From Eledone cirrhosa (taxonomy: Eukaryota): 64,000 bases of DNA. A model generated the notes under the pieces. It did not search any database, was not told where the DNA came from, and was given only the letters and a program-made list of their open reading frames with translations. The translations under genes were made by a program, and so were the position numbers. How positions within the stretch are numbered: the stretch's first letter is position 1; each line of letters begins with the position of its first letter. Shown here one piece after another: positions 31,145 through 45,268 of the stretch. The stretch covers positions 36,890,001-36,954,000 of the forward strand of contig OZ024757.1 of the NCBI GenBank assembly GCA_964016885.1. Reading direction: 5' to 3'.

Positions 31145-31702
31145 CAGGGGTTGGCCAAAATAATGGAAACCCCTAGCATCATAGCATCATAATTTTGAAA
31201 TATCTATAAAACCGTCAAAAGCTTGTTTATTTTTATTGTTCTCGAGGTGGTCATTAAGCTCTGCAGTAATTTTGGGAGCTGTACTTTTGTGATCCTTTCT
31301 AACAATTCGCGTAAGAGTCCGACGGTCCCTATCTGAAAGTTTTGGTTTTCTTCCGGAGTTTTGTTTCGACGAGGAGGTTTTTCCCTCTTTCTCAAAGGCT
31401 GGTATTACTTTCGAGACAGCACCTCTTGATACACCAAACATTTCGGCTCTTTTCGTTACGCTAGCGCCTGCCATACGAGCACCAACAATTTGACCTCTTT
31501 GAAAGTCCGATAGATCTGTCATTTTAATGAATTTTTTCTAATGATATCTGAAAAGAAACACCAATTTTAACAAAACATATTAAGCAACACTAATAATAAA
31601 TCCAAAAAACATAAAAATAAACAAGCTTTTGACGGTTTTATAGATATTTCAAAATTATGATGCTATGATGCTAGGTGTTTCCATTATTTTGTCCAACCCC
31701 TG
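31145..31702 (-). mobile_element. Internally deleted Tc1-family DNA transposon
   Basis: About 90-bp terminal inverted repeats (CAGGGGTTGG.CAAAATAATGGAAAC...) with TA on both sides. It retains the transposase N-terminus only. Confidence 0.92.
31187..31522 (-). pseudogene. Truncated Tc1 transposase (paired-like HTH DNA-binding region, no DDE domain)
   Basis: MTDLSDFQRGQIVGARMAGASVTKRAEMFGVSRGAVSKV...GRKPKLSDRDRRTLTRIVRK..TAPKITAELN is a typical Tc1 N-terminus with the GRPR-like motif (GRKP). The frame runs into the far TIR. Confidence 0.85.
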
Positions 31703-31782
31703 TATATATATATATACTTACATATACACACACATATATACATAGAGAGAGAGAGATATACCTATATATATATATATATATC

Positions 31783-31830
<48 letters not shown>

Positions 31831-32083
31831 GAGTTAAACAAGATTCAATGAGTACATCAAAGAATAAGTTTTACAATAAATTGAAAGCACTCTACAGAAA
31901 AATATTTTCCAGAGTTATTAATATTAAAATACAAATATTAATAAAATAGATGTTCCTTTGATCAATTAAATTTTATTATACATATTTCAGAGGTACAACA
32001 GTACGTCCTCATCAGACAAAATATGATACATGACATACCCTGAGATGTTAAATGGCTAAGATTTAATCAAGGTACTACCTTAT

Positions 32084-32136
32084 ATTTTGTCTGATGAGGA
32101 CGTACTGTTGTACCTCTGAAATATGTATAATAAAAT
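32084..32136 (+). ncRNA. Hammerhead ribozyme motif; mirror copy at 31970-32022 (-)
   Basis: AUUUUGU-CUGAUGA-GGA C GUAC uguu GUAC C UCU-GAAA-UAUGU-AUA^AUAAAAU. Confidence 0.65.
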
Positions 32137-32176
32137 TTAATTGATCAAAAGAACATCTATTTTATTAATATTTGTA

Positions 32177-32238
<62 letters not shown>

Positions 32239-32654
32239 GTGTGAGTATGTATGCACTTGACAGGTCCTGTCATACAAGGGTTGCCAGTTGGCTCTGATTT
32301 TATTTAGTTGTTGATTGGTTGGTTCAGTATGTGAATAGCAAATAAGGTTAGCCTCCCCCCCCCCCCCCCCCCCCCCCGGTGGTTGGGTGTCAAATCAAGT
32401 TTATATCTGCTTTGACACACACACATCTGTCTTCAATATATACCATATATATACACACAGACATTTATATTATGTATGTGTGTGTGTGTATGTATGTATA
32501 TATATATATATATGTGTATATACAGAGAGAGATCACCACCCTGTAATGCCTTGTGGAGTCATAGGATTGTCAGTGACATGCATTTCCTTTTTAAAAGTTA
32601 GTGTGGCCCAGCCCCTCACCTGGTATATAGTTATAGCATTTTGGTTTTTTTCCG

Positions 32655-33438
32655 CGTCTGCTACACAACCACCTTACAGTGTGGACTGGGTGCTTGTTGT
32701 CATGTCACCTACATGACCACCTTACAGTGTGGACTGGGAGCCTTTTTACCGTGTCTCCTACACAACCACCTTACAGTGTGGACTGGGTGCTTTTTGTCAT
32801 GTCACCTACATGACCACCTTACAGTGTGGACTGGGAGCCTTTTTACCGTGTCTCCTACACAACCACCTTACAGTGTGGACTGGGTGCTTGTTGTCATGTC
32901 ACCTACATGACCACCTTACAGTGTGGACTGGGAGCCTTTTTACCGTGTCTCCTACACAACCACCTTACAGTGTGGACTGGGAGCCTTTTTACCGTGTCTC
33001 CTACACAACCACCTTACAGTGTGGACTGGGTGCTTTTTGTCATGTCACCTACAAGGCCACCTTACAGTGTGGACTGGGAGCCTTTTTACCGTGTCTCCTA
33101 CACAACCACCTTACAGTGTGGACTGGGTGCTTTTTGTCATGTCACCTACATGACCACCTTACAGTGTGGACTGGGAGCCTTTTTACCGTGTCTCCTACAC
33201 AACCACCTTACAGTGTGGACTGGGTGCTTTTTGTCATGTCACCTACATGACCACCTTACAGTGTGGACTGGGAGCCTTTTTACCGTGTCTCCTACACAAC
33301 CACCTTACAGTGTGGACTGGGTGCTTTTTGTCATGTCACCTACAAGGCCACCTTACAGTGTGGACTGGGTGCTTTTTACTGTGTCTCCTACACAACCACT
33401 TTACAGTGTGGACTGGGAGCCTTTTCACCGTGTCTCCT
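32655..33438. repeat. 97-bp higher-order (49+48 bp) minisatellite
   Basis: Mostly alternating units ...gggagcctttttaccgtgtctcctacacaaccacc / ...gggtgctttttgtcatgtcacctacatgaccacc. Confidence 0.92.
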
Positions 33439-34197
33439 ATAGTTATAGATAGCTGCTCAACCACTGACCAGCTTGTCAATACTGACAGAGAGAGAGGTGG
33501 AGGAGGATATTAAACTATCATTTCAGAATCTGTGACTTTACCATTTTTCATTTTCTTGATTGCATCTTTGACCCTATAACTTCCAATTTCTTTAGTTAGT
33601 CCCTCTGTTGGGTGCTGTTGGGGGATAGTCTCTTCCCCTTACCCTCATTCTCCACAGACAACAAACACCTATGAAAGTATTTCCAGACCTCTTTCTTTTG
33701 AGCGTCAAGTGATGCTAAGTACACTGGTGTCATTTTGAACAATTGTAGCCTTGCTGTCACCTGTCGGTTAGCTACCTGGTACAGTTCTAGACCTACAGAA
33801 GCCTTTTCTATATAAACTTCTGTCTTGAGTCTTGAGTACCTTATTTACTGTGGTTACTCCTTCCCCTCTCTGACTCAACTTGGGATCTACTCTTGTATGT
33901 ATGTATGTATGTATGTATGTATGTATGTATGTATGTATGTATATATATATATATATCATCATCATCATCGTTTAACGTCTATCTTCCACGCTAGTATGGG
34001 TTAGACGTGATTGGTCGGGTGACCGTGTCTCGCTCATACAGGATTATCTAGCAGGCTTTCTACGACCGGATGCCCTTCCTAACACCAACCACATTTACAG
34101 TGTGGAACTGGGAACTTTTTACCGTGTTACCTACGCGGCCACATTACAGCGTGGACTGTGCGTTTTTTTTTTTTTGTTGTGACACCTTCTCGATCTC

Positions 34198-34236
<39 letters not shown>

Positions 34237-34639
34237 GTTCAAGTGGAACTATACAATCAAATCTCAAAGGAGAGTAGAGATTGACTTATAGATTACACAC
34301 ACACACACGCACATATATATATATATATACACACACACCCACCCACATAGAAGGTGTGTCACAACTAGGTAACTGTTAAGAAATATGGATAAAACTAATA
34401 AAAAAGAGAAGCCATATACATATTAGGGTTGTTAGCAAAAGTAGTAGTAGACAGGTAACAGAATTCAATTTATATTGTTATATCTTAAATGTTTGTATTA
34501 ATATCAGCATACCATTGTTGTTTCATTGTAACAGTAGCAATGTTTGTGTATGTATGTATGTATGTATGTATGTATGTATGTGTGTGTGTGTGTGTGGAGC
34601 TATGGGTCTTTACACAATCACACACACATGTATATTGTG

Positions 34640-34678
<39 letters not shown>

Positions 34679-34743
34679 CACACATTCCATACATACACAC
34701 ACATTTATATATATATATACAGAGATAGATAGATAGATAATGC

Positions 34744-34782
<39 letters not shown>

Positions 34783-35083
34783 TGCATGTGTGTGTATGTA
34801 TTTCTATATGCTTGCAGACACAAAAGACACCCACACACTCACATTAGTATGTAGTAAGGTACATAGATAAGAAGGATGGTAGTCTGTGTGTCTGTGTCTA
34901 CATATATATGTGTGTGTGTGCCCTTATATATGTGTGTATGTGTGTGTCCATCCATTTATATATATACATATATGTGTGTGTGTATGTGTATGCATGTGAT
35001 GTGTATGTGTGTCCGTATATAAATATATATGTGTGTGCGCCATCCACATATATATATATAAGTGTATGTCGTCCACATATGTG

Positions 35084-35128
<45 letters not shown>

Positions 35129-35332
35129 CACTGTCCACTGTCTCCTGTATGTCTAGTTGGTATCTTGGAGTTTTAACAACAACAACAACAACAACAACAG
35201 ACGTTTACATCTGAGTCACACTATCACTTGACCAACAACTTCAGCAACATTTCTTACTGTATATATATATATACAGTGTCTGTGTGTGTATATATATATA
35301 GATATATGTGTATGTATGTATATATATATGTG

Positions 35333-35401
<69 letters not shown>

Positions 35402-35409
35402 TCTGTGTG

Positions 35410-35461
<52 letters not shown>

Positions 35462-36180
35462 TGTGTGTGTGTGTGTGTGATTATATATATGTGTATGTGT
35501 ATATATATATATATAGTGTGTGTGATTGTGTGTGTGTTTATGTATATGTGTGTGTGTGTGTATATATATATATGTGTATATACGTGTATTTATATATGTA
35601 TTTATATATATTATACATATATTTATATACATATATTTATATATGTGTATATATATATATATTATACATATATTTATATATGTGTATATATATATACACA
35701 CGCACACACATATATATATATATATATGCATGTGTATGTAAGTATATATATATTTATATATATACACACACACATATATATGTGTGTGTGTTTATGTGGA
35801 TCATTGAGTGTGTGTGTGCATGTGTGTATACATATGTGGGTGTAAGTTGAGATATGAATGTGTGTATATGTATGTGTGTATATGTATGTATATATATATA
35901 TGTGTATGTATGTATGTGTGTACATCAATTCATATGACCTTGATCTAAAGTAGGATAAGTGAGTCAAGAAGGAAAGTAAAACTTTCTTTAGTTTTTTTTT
36001 ATAATATATATATATATATTATCGACACCATGCTTTGCAGCATAGAGTTAAGGTCCTTTACGTTCTGAGGTCAAATCCCAACAAAATTTACTTTGTCTTT
36101 CATCCTTACAGGGTCGATAAAATAAAGCACCAGTAATGCACTGGGGCCATTGCTGGCTTTGTGCCAAAAGTAGAAACAAT

Positions 36181-36219
<39 letters not shown>

Positions 36220-36859
36220 AAATATATATATATATATATCACAAAGAAGGTGTGGTAAGATACCAGGTGGACCATAACGCACCAGAGTACTCAATACTTA
36301 GGGTAGTAGAGTGGGTTATAGGGAAAGGGTCAGGACCCTGACGGCTGAGCTCCGGCCATTTCGACTGCTAGATCCAAACTCGGATCTAGCTCAGCCATCA
36401 GGGTCCTGACTCTTTTCCCTATATTTATATATCATCATCATCGTTTAACGTCCATCTTGCATGGGTTTGGACGGGAGTTTTCCCACTTGAGGCAAGAGTG
36501 GTTGTCTTGCTCGCATAGGACTGTCTGGCGGGTTTTCTACGGCTGGATGCCCTTCCTAACACCAACCACGTTTACAGTGTGGACTGGGAGGTTTTTAACC
36601 GTGTTACCTACACGGCCACATTACAGCGTGGATTGTGTGTTTTTTTGTTGTGACACCTACACAACCTCATTTGTTTTGGACTGGATGTTGTGGTACCAAC
36701 ATAACTTTACATTGAAAGGGTGGTGTGGATGGGGTGGGGGTAGTGGGACGGGAGTGTATTTTGTTAGAGGTGCCTACTGACTGTAGTAGGTTTCACTTTG
36801 TACTTAGGTAAGGCGGGTCTTCTGTATTACTGTGTAGCGCCAAAGATCTCGGTCCAGTG

Positions 36860-36890
<31 letters not shown>

Positions 36891-37644
36891 TTTATTGATG
36901 ATGTTGCAGAAGTGTGACAAAAGAACTTTGATAGACTATATATATTTATATCTGTATTTTTAACTGCTGGTCAATCAATGATAAACATTGATTGCCAAAT
37001 AAATTAACTATGGAGATATAAAAGATACAGAAGCAAAAACCAACCAAGCAGTGAGTGTGTTCTGTTATTATTTCTGACAATATTATAACAATATGACCCT
37101 CCCCAAATATAACAATATATATATATATATATATATATACACCACACACATATATATACATACACAGACATACAGACACATATATACACACACACATAGA
37201 CAGACACACTCTCTCACCTCCTATCTTGGCAACCTATAATTAGTGGCATTAAGAACTATTATTACTATAAACATGTTGGAGTCTCATTTAACTTTATATT
37301 CCACCACTGATCACCTTCTCAACCTTTCAGATACGATACTACTATATATATAATGGCATATAAGTTAAAACGATGAAATAAAAAATGAAGTCATTAGAGA
37401 TATACTTCACTGCTTTATGATGGTTTCTAGGTGATGATAATACATTGTATCTATACTCAGTTATTGATCTATGTAAGTTTACAAACTATCAGATAAAGAG
37501 AATATTTACTTACATGCATATCACCAGCTGTTTTCAAAAGCAATAATTTTATTCAGAATTAGTAGTATGTTAGTATCATGTCCTTATTTGGAGGTAGTTC
37601 ATACAGAATAGACCCCACAACTTACTGTGGATACCTCTGTGTAT

Positions 37645-38085
37645 ATATGATGGCTGCAAACTCTGCCAAGAGTATTGCAATCGCTTGTCAGATTCAGATG
37701 TGAGATGCTCGGATATGGCTTTTCAAGCCTGCTAGAGACATGGACTCCTGGATCTCCCTGGCTTGAGGTCCTGCATCAGGTTGCCCGTGAACCCTCACAA
37801 CACCGTGGAGATCATAGTTCACTGGTTCTCTTTGAACATGGCTGTGACTGTGGCTCCTGAGATCAGATTTGCTCAAGCAAATTTTTCCACACTCACGGCA
37901 CTTCAATTCAATGGAGACACCGATCGTTTCGAGAGATACACCAGGGCATAGCTTATGCACATCCCTTTTGATCTTCTCATGCTCTATGCATCTGACCTCA
38001 AAATTATGGACCCCATCATTCACCATTCCACGCCAAGTCTCTCTTTCAAGAGCTTCTATCTCCCAGTCAGCCATCATCAAACCAG
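37645..38085 (-). mobile_element. RTE-clade LINE C-terminus with C2H2 zinc-finger tail
   Basis: [25 protein letters not shown]...KR...[22 protein letters not shown]...[13 protein letters not shown], flanked by TA microsatellite. Confidence 0.7.
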
Positions 38086-38202
38086 TTTTTTTATTTTTAT
38101 ATATATATATATATATATACATATATATATACATATATATATATACATGTCCCACCCTTGCAAGCAGGGAAAAGCGGATGTAAAATGATGATAATGATAT
38201 AT

Positions 38203-38252
<50 letters not shown>

Positions 38253-38989
38253 GGTGGCTGCCAACTCGTTTTCGAGTACGGCCACTACTTTATATCCATG
38301 TAGGAGAACCCCTACCGATGCGCTGAACGAGTGTGACTTTTTAGTCCACCCAGCGACTTGAAAACTATGGTACAAACACTATACTTGTGACAATTATTGG
38401 CACAGAGTGCTGGGCCCATGGTACCATGTGACGACAAGTGCAGAGAGATCTCCAGATATAAAGCAATGCCTGTGCCGTGAAGCTTTTATAGTGAGCAAAG
38501 GCACTGCACAAAGCCAGTCCCACTCTCTTAACCAAGATGATATTTACCAAAAAGAAGAACAAGTCAACATCATTGGATACCATCAGGGTTGCAGGTGTTA
38601 TATCAGAGTTTTCCTTCTCCTAGAATTCTGCCTTGACAAAGGCTAAGGGGTCATCTCTCCCGGAGATATATATATAGATATATATATATATACACACATA
38701 TATATACATATATATATATATACATACATATATATATATATATACACACAAGGCCAGCAATGACTCCAGTGCATTACTGGTACTTTATTTTATTGACCCG
38801 GTAACGATGAAAGGCAAAGTTAACCTCGGCGGGATTTGAACTCAGAACGTAAAGGGCCACAACTCTATGCTATGTATAATAATGTATGTGTAATGTTACT
38901 GTAGTTATGATACCTTCACTATATATTACCTGTCTATATAGCGACTTAACATTTATATACACCTGTCTCTTGCGTTACACTGCTTTCAT

Positions 38990-39084
38990 ATGACTACTAC
39001 TACCGCAACCGCTACTACTACTACTACCACCACTACTACTACTACTACCGCTACTACTACTACTACTACTACTACCACCATCAC

Positions 39085-39117
<33 letters not shown>

Positions 39118-39140
39118 TACTACTACTACTACCGCTACCG

Positions 39141-39195
<55 letters not shown>

Positions 39196-39692
39196 TACTA
39201 CTACTACTACCGCTACTATTACTACTACTACTACTACTACGTGTTTGTCGTTAGGAAGGGCATCTAGCTATAGAAACCATATGGTGGTTGTAGTGCTGGT
39301 GGTAGTGGTAGTGGTGGTAGTAGTAATTGTAGTGGTGGTGGTAGTGGTAGTGGTGGTAGTGGTAATTGTAGTGGTGGTGGTAGTGGTAGTGGTGGTAGTA
39401 GTAATTGTAGTGGTGGTGGTAGTGGTAGTGGTGGTAGTAGTAATTGTAGTGGTGGTGGTAGTGGTAGTAGTGTTAGTAGTGGTGGTAGTGGGAGTAGCAC
39501 CAGTAGTGGTGGTGGTGGTAGTGGTAGTGGTAGCAGCAGTGATAGTGGTAGTAGCGGTGGTGGTGGTGGTAGTAGTAGTAGTAGCAGCGGTGGTAGCAGC
39601 AGTGGTGGTGGTAGTGGTGGTAGCAGCAGTGGTGGTGGTAGGAGTAGTAGTAGTAGTAGTAGCAGTGGTGGTAGCAGCAGTGGTGGTGGTAG
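38990..39692. repeat. Trinucleotide arrays (CTA)n then (GTA/GTG)n; similar arrays at 590-1080, 16565-16975, 42605-42908, 43085-43970, 59800-60345
   Basis: Directly visible; these give the poly-T/V/P/G ORFs. Confidence 0.95.
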
Positions 39693-40565
39693 CACAGAAA
39701 TATTCCCAGTATTATATTAAAATCTTCTGCCAATTACCTTAAGCACTTAATCTTATTAACATCTTTTATGGCTCCCACCTCTCCTCTTTCACCCTCTTTC
39801 CACCTCCCCCTCCACTCTCTTACTCCCTCCTCCCTTCACCCTCTCCTCCCTCCACTATCTTACCCCCTTCCTTCTATCTCTCACAATCTCTTCTTCACTC
39901 CTTCTCCACATTCTCTTCCCCCTCCTCCACCCATTCTCAACCCCTCCTCCTTCTCTCACTCTCTACTCTCCTCTCCCACCCCCCTCTTCATTTCATCTTC
40001 TCCCCCTCTCCCCATCTATACTCGCTCCTCCTACCCCCTCTCACCTTCCCCTCCATCTGTTCTCTTTCTCTCTCTCTCCCCCACCTCCACCACTCAACTA
40101 AAACTTATAGTTTGATATTGATCAAATATAAGATTTAAATGTTAATGATTTTATTTTAAACAATACATCCCCACCACCTTCATCACCATCATCATCACCA
40201 TCACTGTCACCAGTACTGCCACCACCACCACCATCATCATTGCCATCATCATCACCACCTCCCACAATCATCACCACCTATAACCATCACTATCATCAAA
40301 TTTCCCATCACCACCCCCAACCATCACTATCACCAGCACCATCATCACTACCATCATCATCACTACTATCATCATCATCATCATCATCATCAAATTTCTC
40401 ATCACCATCTTCAAATTTCATATTTTTTCTGTTTTTATTTGGTGTAAATTTAAATACAATTTCAATTTTTTGTTTTATCTATTGGATTATTATTGATTTA
40501 TTGTTCCAGAGATAAAAACAATTTAAAAAAAAAAAACCAAAACTAATTATACGACAGGCATTTGG

Positions 40566-40958
40566 TTAGAATGTCTCAGGAAAGAATTGCTGGTCAGATT
40601 TGTAGCTCAGAGATCAGTCACTCCAGATAGAGCTGCTACTTCCCTGAATTGAGACATCACAGTTCTGATATTATGGACATCTTCTTAGAATGTCTCAGGA
40701 AAGAATTGCTGGTCAGATTTGTAGCTCAGAGATCAGTCACTCCAGATAGAGCTGCTACTTCCCTGAATTGAGACATCACAGTTCTGATATTATGGACATC
40801 TTCTTAGAATGTCTCAGGAAAGAATTGCTGGTCAGATTTATAGCTCAGAGATCAGTCACTCCAGATAGAGCCACTACTAATCCAAATTGAGACATCACAA
40901 CTCCAATACTATGGGCATGTGGTTAGAATGTCTCAGGAAAGAATTACTGGACAGATTG
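40566..40958. repeat. About 119-bp tandem repeat, about 3.3 copies
   Basis: Each unit starts ttagaatgtctcaggaaagaattgctggtcagattt. Confidence 0.9.
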
Positions 40959-42075
40959 TACAGACAAAACTAACTTGTAATAGACCCAGGGGTAGACATC
41001 AAGCAAGATGGTTGGATAACAATCCATGAGCTTGGCTGGTCTCACTTGAGGATCCAGCTAGATCAGTTGGAACGGTTGCTTCTGATAGGACCTGCTAGAA
41101 GGAGTGTTTGAGGACTCTTCCCCTGCAACCCTTTCAGGAATAAGTGGGCAAAGAAGGGGTTTAGATAAATATAAACACTTTAAAACAGCTTAGCATTGTA
41201 GAATCAGGGTCTGTTTCAGGCAGAATTGGTATCAAAAGAGTAAAACAAATACTTTAACCCTTTCATTATTAAACTGATGTTTGGAGCATAACTTAACATC
41301 CATGAGCTTGGCTGGTCTCGCCTGGGGATCCAACCGGATCAGTTAGAGATGGTTACTTCTGACAGGGCCCACTGGATGAAGTGTTTGAGGACTCTGCCCC
41401 AATGACCCTCTCAGGAAATAAGTGGGCGAAGATTAATTATAATTTCCTTTTGACTGTTCATATTTAGTCAAACTTTGTGTGTCCAGTTTAAAACAGATAC
41501 ACTGCAGCCCTGCACAGTGCCAGATTTAATGGGGCACAATTTCCCCGGGCCCTACCAGCGACAACTATAGCAATTCATTTGTGCCCTCAGCTGGGCTTTT
41601 TAGTCTTAGGATGATTAGAATTATGGAATTTAATACCTTTATGTATAACTTTTTTGGGGGGAGGGGGGATTTGCAGTGTATTCTAATTTTTTGTGTATAA
41701 GGTGTCCCGGGCCCCTTAAGGTCTAATACCAATCCTGGCCCTGCATGTCGTAAAAGGTGACTAAATAGGTTAGTGGCAGGAAAGGGCATCTGACTGTAAA
41801 AGCATCCCATGTCATGGGGCTTGCAAGACTAACCCAAGCTTTAGTGTGTGTGTGTGTATTTTCATGTCTAGTCCCATAAACTGGCTTAATTCTGTTTTAA
41901 AGCCTCCAGCCCACACAGCAAAGTGGTTGTATTGGTGTATGGCTGTGTGTGCATATATATATATATAAGAATGGAGGCAGTAAAAACCAGTTAGACCATT
42001 ACTCACCAGAGTACTTGATACTTGAGGTAATAGAATGGGTAATATAAGAAATTTGGGTCCTGAATTTTTCATATA

Positions 42076-42142
<67 letters not shown>

Positions 42143-42984
42143 ACATAAGACTGCCTTCATTACAATTAATACAGATTAATACCATCACACTACACTAGAC
42201 TATAATACACTACATTATATGCACCTAATTAACCAATACTTGCTGTTCACAGCCTGTTAACCTTGACCAAAACCTCAACTTAAATTTCACACACACATAT
42301 ATCACATGTATGTATATGTACACAAATATGTATACATACACACACATATATATCATCATTATCATCGTTTAAACGTCTATCTTCCATGCTAACATGGATT
42401 AGACGGGAATTGTCCCACTTGAGGCAAGATTGGTCGCGTGACCGAGTGTCGCTCATATACATGTATATATATTTAATTGATGAATCGTGTTTCTCTAATA
42501 TTATTTACATATTTCCATTCTCCTATATTTTATATAATTGCTAATATTTTAAAATATAGATTTTTTAAAAACTTTTTTTTATTTTCACCCTAATTATTAT
42601 TATTAGCATCACCAACATCATCATCACCAACATCATCATCACTCCCATCATCATCACCAACATCATCATCACCATCACTCCCATCATCATCACCATTATC
42701 ACCATCATCACCAACATCAACATCATTCCCACCACCATCATCACTCCTACCACCATCACCACCATTATCAACATCATCGCCACCACCACCACCATCACCA
42801 CCACCACCATCACCACCACCACCATCACCACCACCACCATCACCACCACCACCATCACCACCAGCACCAGCACCACCATCACCACCACCACCACCACCAC
42901 CATCATCAATGTGGGATCAGATTAATTGGAGTAACTAAATCCATAGTTGTACTTGTTTTATTATTATTTTTATATTTTTCTTTC

Positions 42985-43052
<68 letters not shown>

Positions 43053-43203
43053 CCATCTGAACATTTTCATGTCAATGGTATTAGGAGTAGTAGTAGTGGT
43101 GGTGTTGGTAGTAGTAGTGGTGGTGGTGTTGGTAGTAGTAGTAGTAGTAGTGGTGGTGTTGGTAGTAGTAGTAGTAGTGGTGGTGGTGGTGGTGGTGTTG
43201 GTG

Positions 43204-43235
<32 letters not shown>

Positions 43236-44063
43236 GGTAGTGTTGGTAGTAGTAGTAGTGGTGGTGGGTGGTGCTAGTAGTAGTAATAGTAGTGGTGGTG
43301 TTAGTGGTAGTAGTGGTGGTGGTGTTAGTGGTAGTAGTGGTGGTGGTGTTAGTGGTAGTAGTAGTGGTGGTGGTGGTGGTGTTAGTAGTAGTGGTGGTGG
43401 TGGTGGTGTTAGTGGTAGTAGTGGTGGTGGTGGTGTTAGTGGTAGTAGTAGTGGTGGTGGTGGTGGTGTTAGTGGTAGTAGTGGTGGTGGTGTTAGTGGT
43501 AGTAGTGGTGGTGGTGTTAGTGGTAGTAGTAGTGGTGGTGGTGGTGGTGTTGGTGGTAGTAGTGGTGGTGGTGTTAGTGGTAGTAGTGGTGGTGGTGTTA
43601 GTGGTAGTAGTGGTGGTGGTGGTGGTGTTAGTGGTAGTAGTGGTGGTGGTGGTGGTGTTAGTGGTAGTAGTGGTGGTGGTGGTGTTAGTGGTAGTAGTGG
43701 TGGTGGTGTTAGTGGTAGTAGTAGTAGTGGTGGTGGTGTTAGTGGTGGTGGTGTTAGTGGTAGTAGTAGTAGTGGTGGTGTTAGTGGTGGTGGTCTTAGT
43801 GGTAGTAGTAGTAGTAGTAGTGGTTGGTGGTAGTCTTAGTGGTAGTAGTGGTGGTGGTGTTAGTGGTAGTAGTAATAGTAGTTGTGGTAGTAGAAGTGGT
43901 AGTGGTAGTGGCAGTGTTAGTGGTGGTGGTGGTGTTAGTAGTAGCAGAGGTGATGGTGGTGGTGATGATGTTATTAAATTAGTTTATGTGTGAGACAACA
44001 TCTGATGTATAGATTCTAGATGGATCTGTGAACACAGAAAAATACAAACATCCACATACATAC

Positions 44064-44112
<49 letters not shown>

Positions 44113-44127
44113 CATACACATATATAT

Positions 44128-44174
<47 letters not shown>

Positions 44175-44235
44175 CATATACATACACATATATATACATA
44201 TATATATATATATACATATACATACACATATATAT

Positions 44236-44300
<65 letters not shown>

Positions 44301-44325
44301 TATACATACACATATATACACACAC

Positions 44326-44356
<31 letters not shown>

Positions 44357-44659
44357 CATACATATACATACATATATAAATATACATATACACAGGCCCA
44401 AGCACAAGCTATCCAAAGCTTGTGCCTCTGGGAGTGTGAATCCCAGGAAACTTTGATAGTATGACACCAGAATGGAATCTTATTTACCATGACAACTATA
44501 ACTATAGTTACAGCAGTTACAATGATTGGCGCTGTTTCTATACCCAGTATGGATACTATTGGGAAGAGGTAATATACACTATATACTGTAGCCTATACAC
44601 TATACTCTGAGCCTATACACTGTCTCTAACACATTATTGACACCTGTTTTATGATATTC

Positions 44660-44900
44660 ATCATCATCGTTTAACGTCCATCTTCCACGCTTGCATGGGT
44701 TTGGATGGGAGTTTTCCTACTAGAGGCAAGATTTGTTGTCCTGCTCGTATAGGACTGTCTGGCGGGTTTTCTATGGCTGGATGCCCTTCCTAACACCAAC
44801 CACGTTTACAGTGTGGACTGGGAGGTTTTTACCGTGTTACCTACACGGCCACATTACAGCGTGGACTGTGTGGTTTTTTTTGTCGTGACACCTACACGAT
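44660..44900 (-). mobile_element. SINE-like family with RTE-type 3' end and (ATG)n tail; copies at about 27975-28130, 33955-34190, 36432-36665, 42355-42460, 46020-46180, 54690-54770, 61725-61945
   Basis: ggttggtgttaggaagggcatcc...acccatgctagcgtggaagatggacgttaaacgatgatgatg. The tail resembles the RTE 3' end at 58155-58200. Confidence 0.75.
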
Positions 44901-45221
44901 ATTATATATATATAATATATATATACCGTATTTCCCGGCATTGAAAACGCTACTTTTTTCCTAAAATAAGTCTCAAAAATCTACCATGTGACCCGGAGGC
45001 TAAAGGTTGTTTATTATTTTTTTTCAAATCTTTGCCATCATATCTTCTGTGCCAGGAAATATGGTATGTGTGTGTATGTATGTATGTATGTATGTATATG
45101 TGTATATATATATAGGAAAATGTATGGGGTCATACATTTTCCTATTACCCACTCTACTACTCTAAGTATTGAGTACTCTGGTGCATTATGGTCCATCTGG
45201 TTCCTTACCACACCTCCTTCG

Positions 45222-45268
<47 letters not shown>

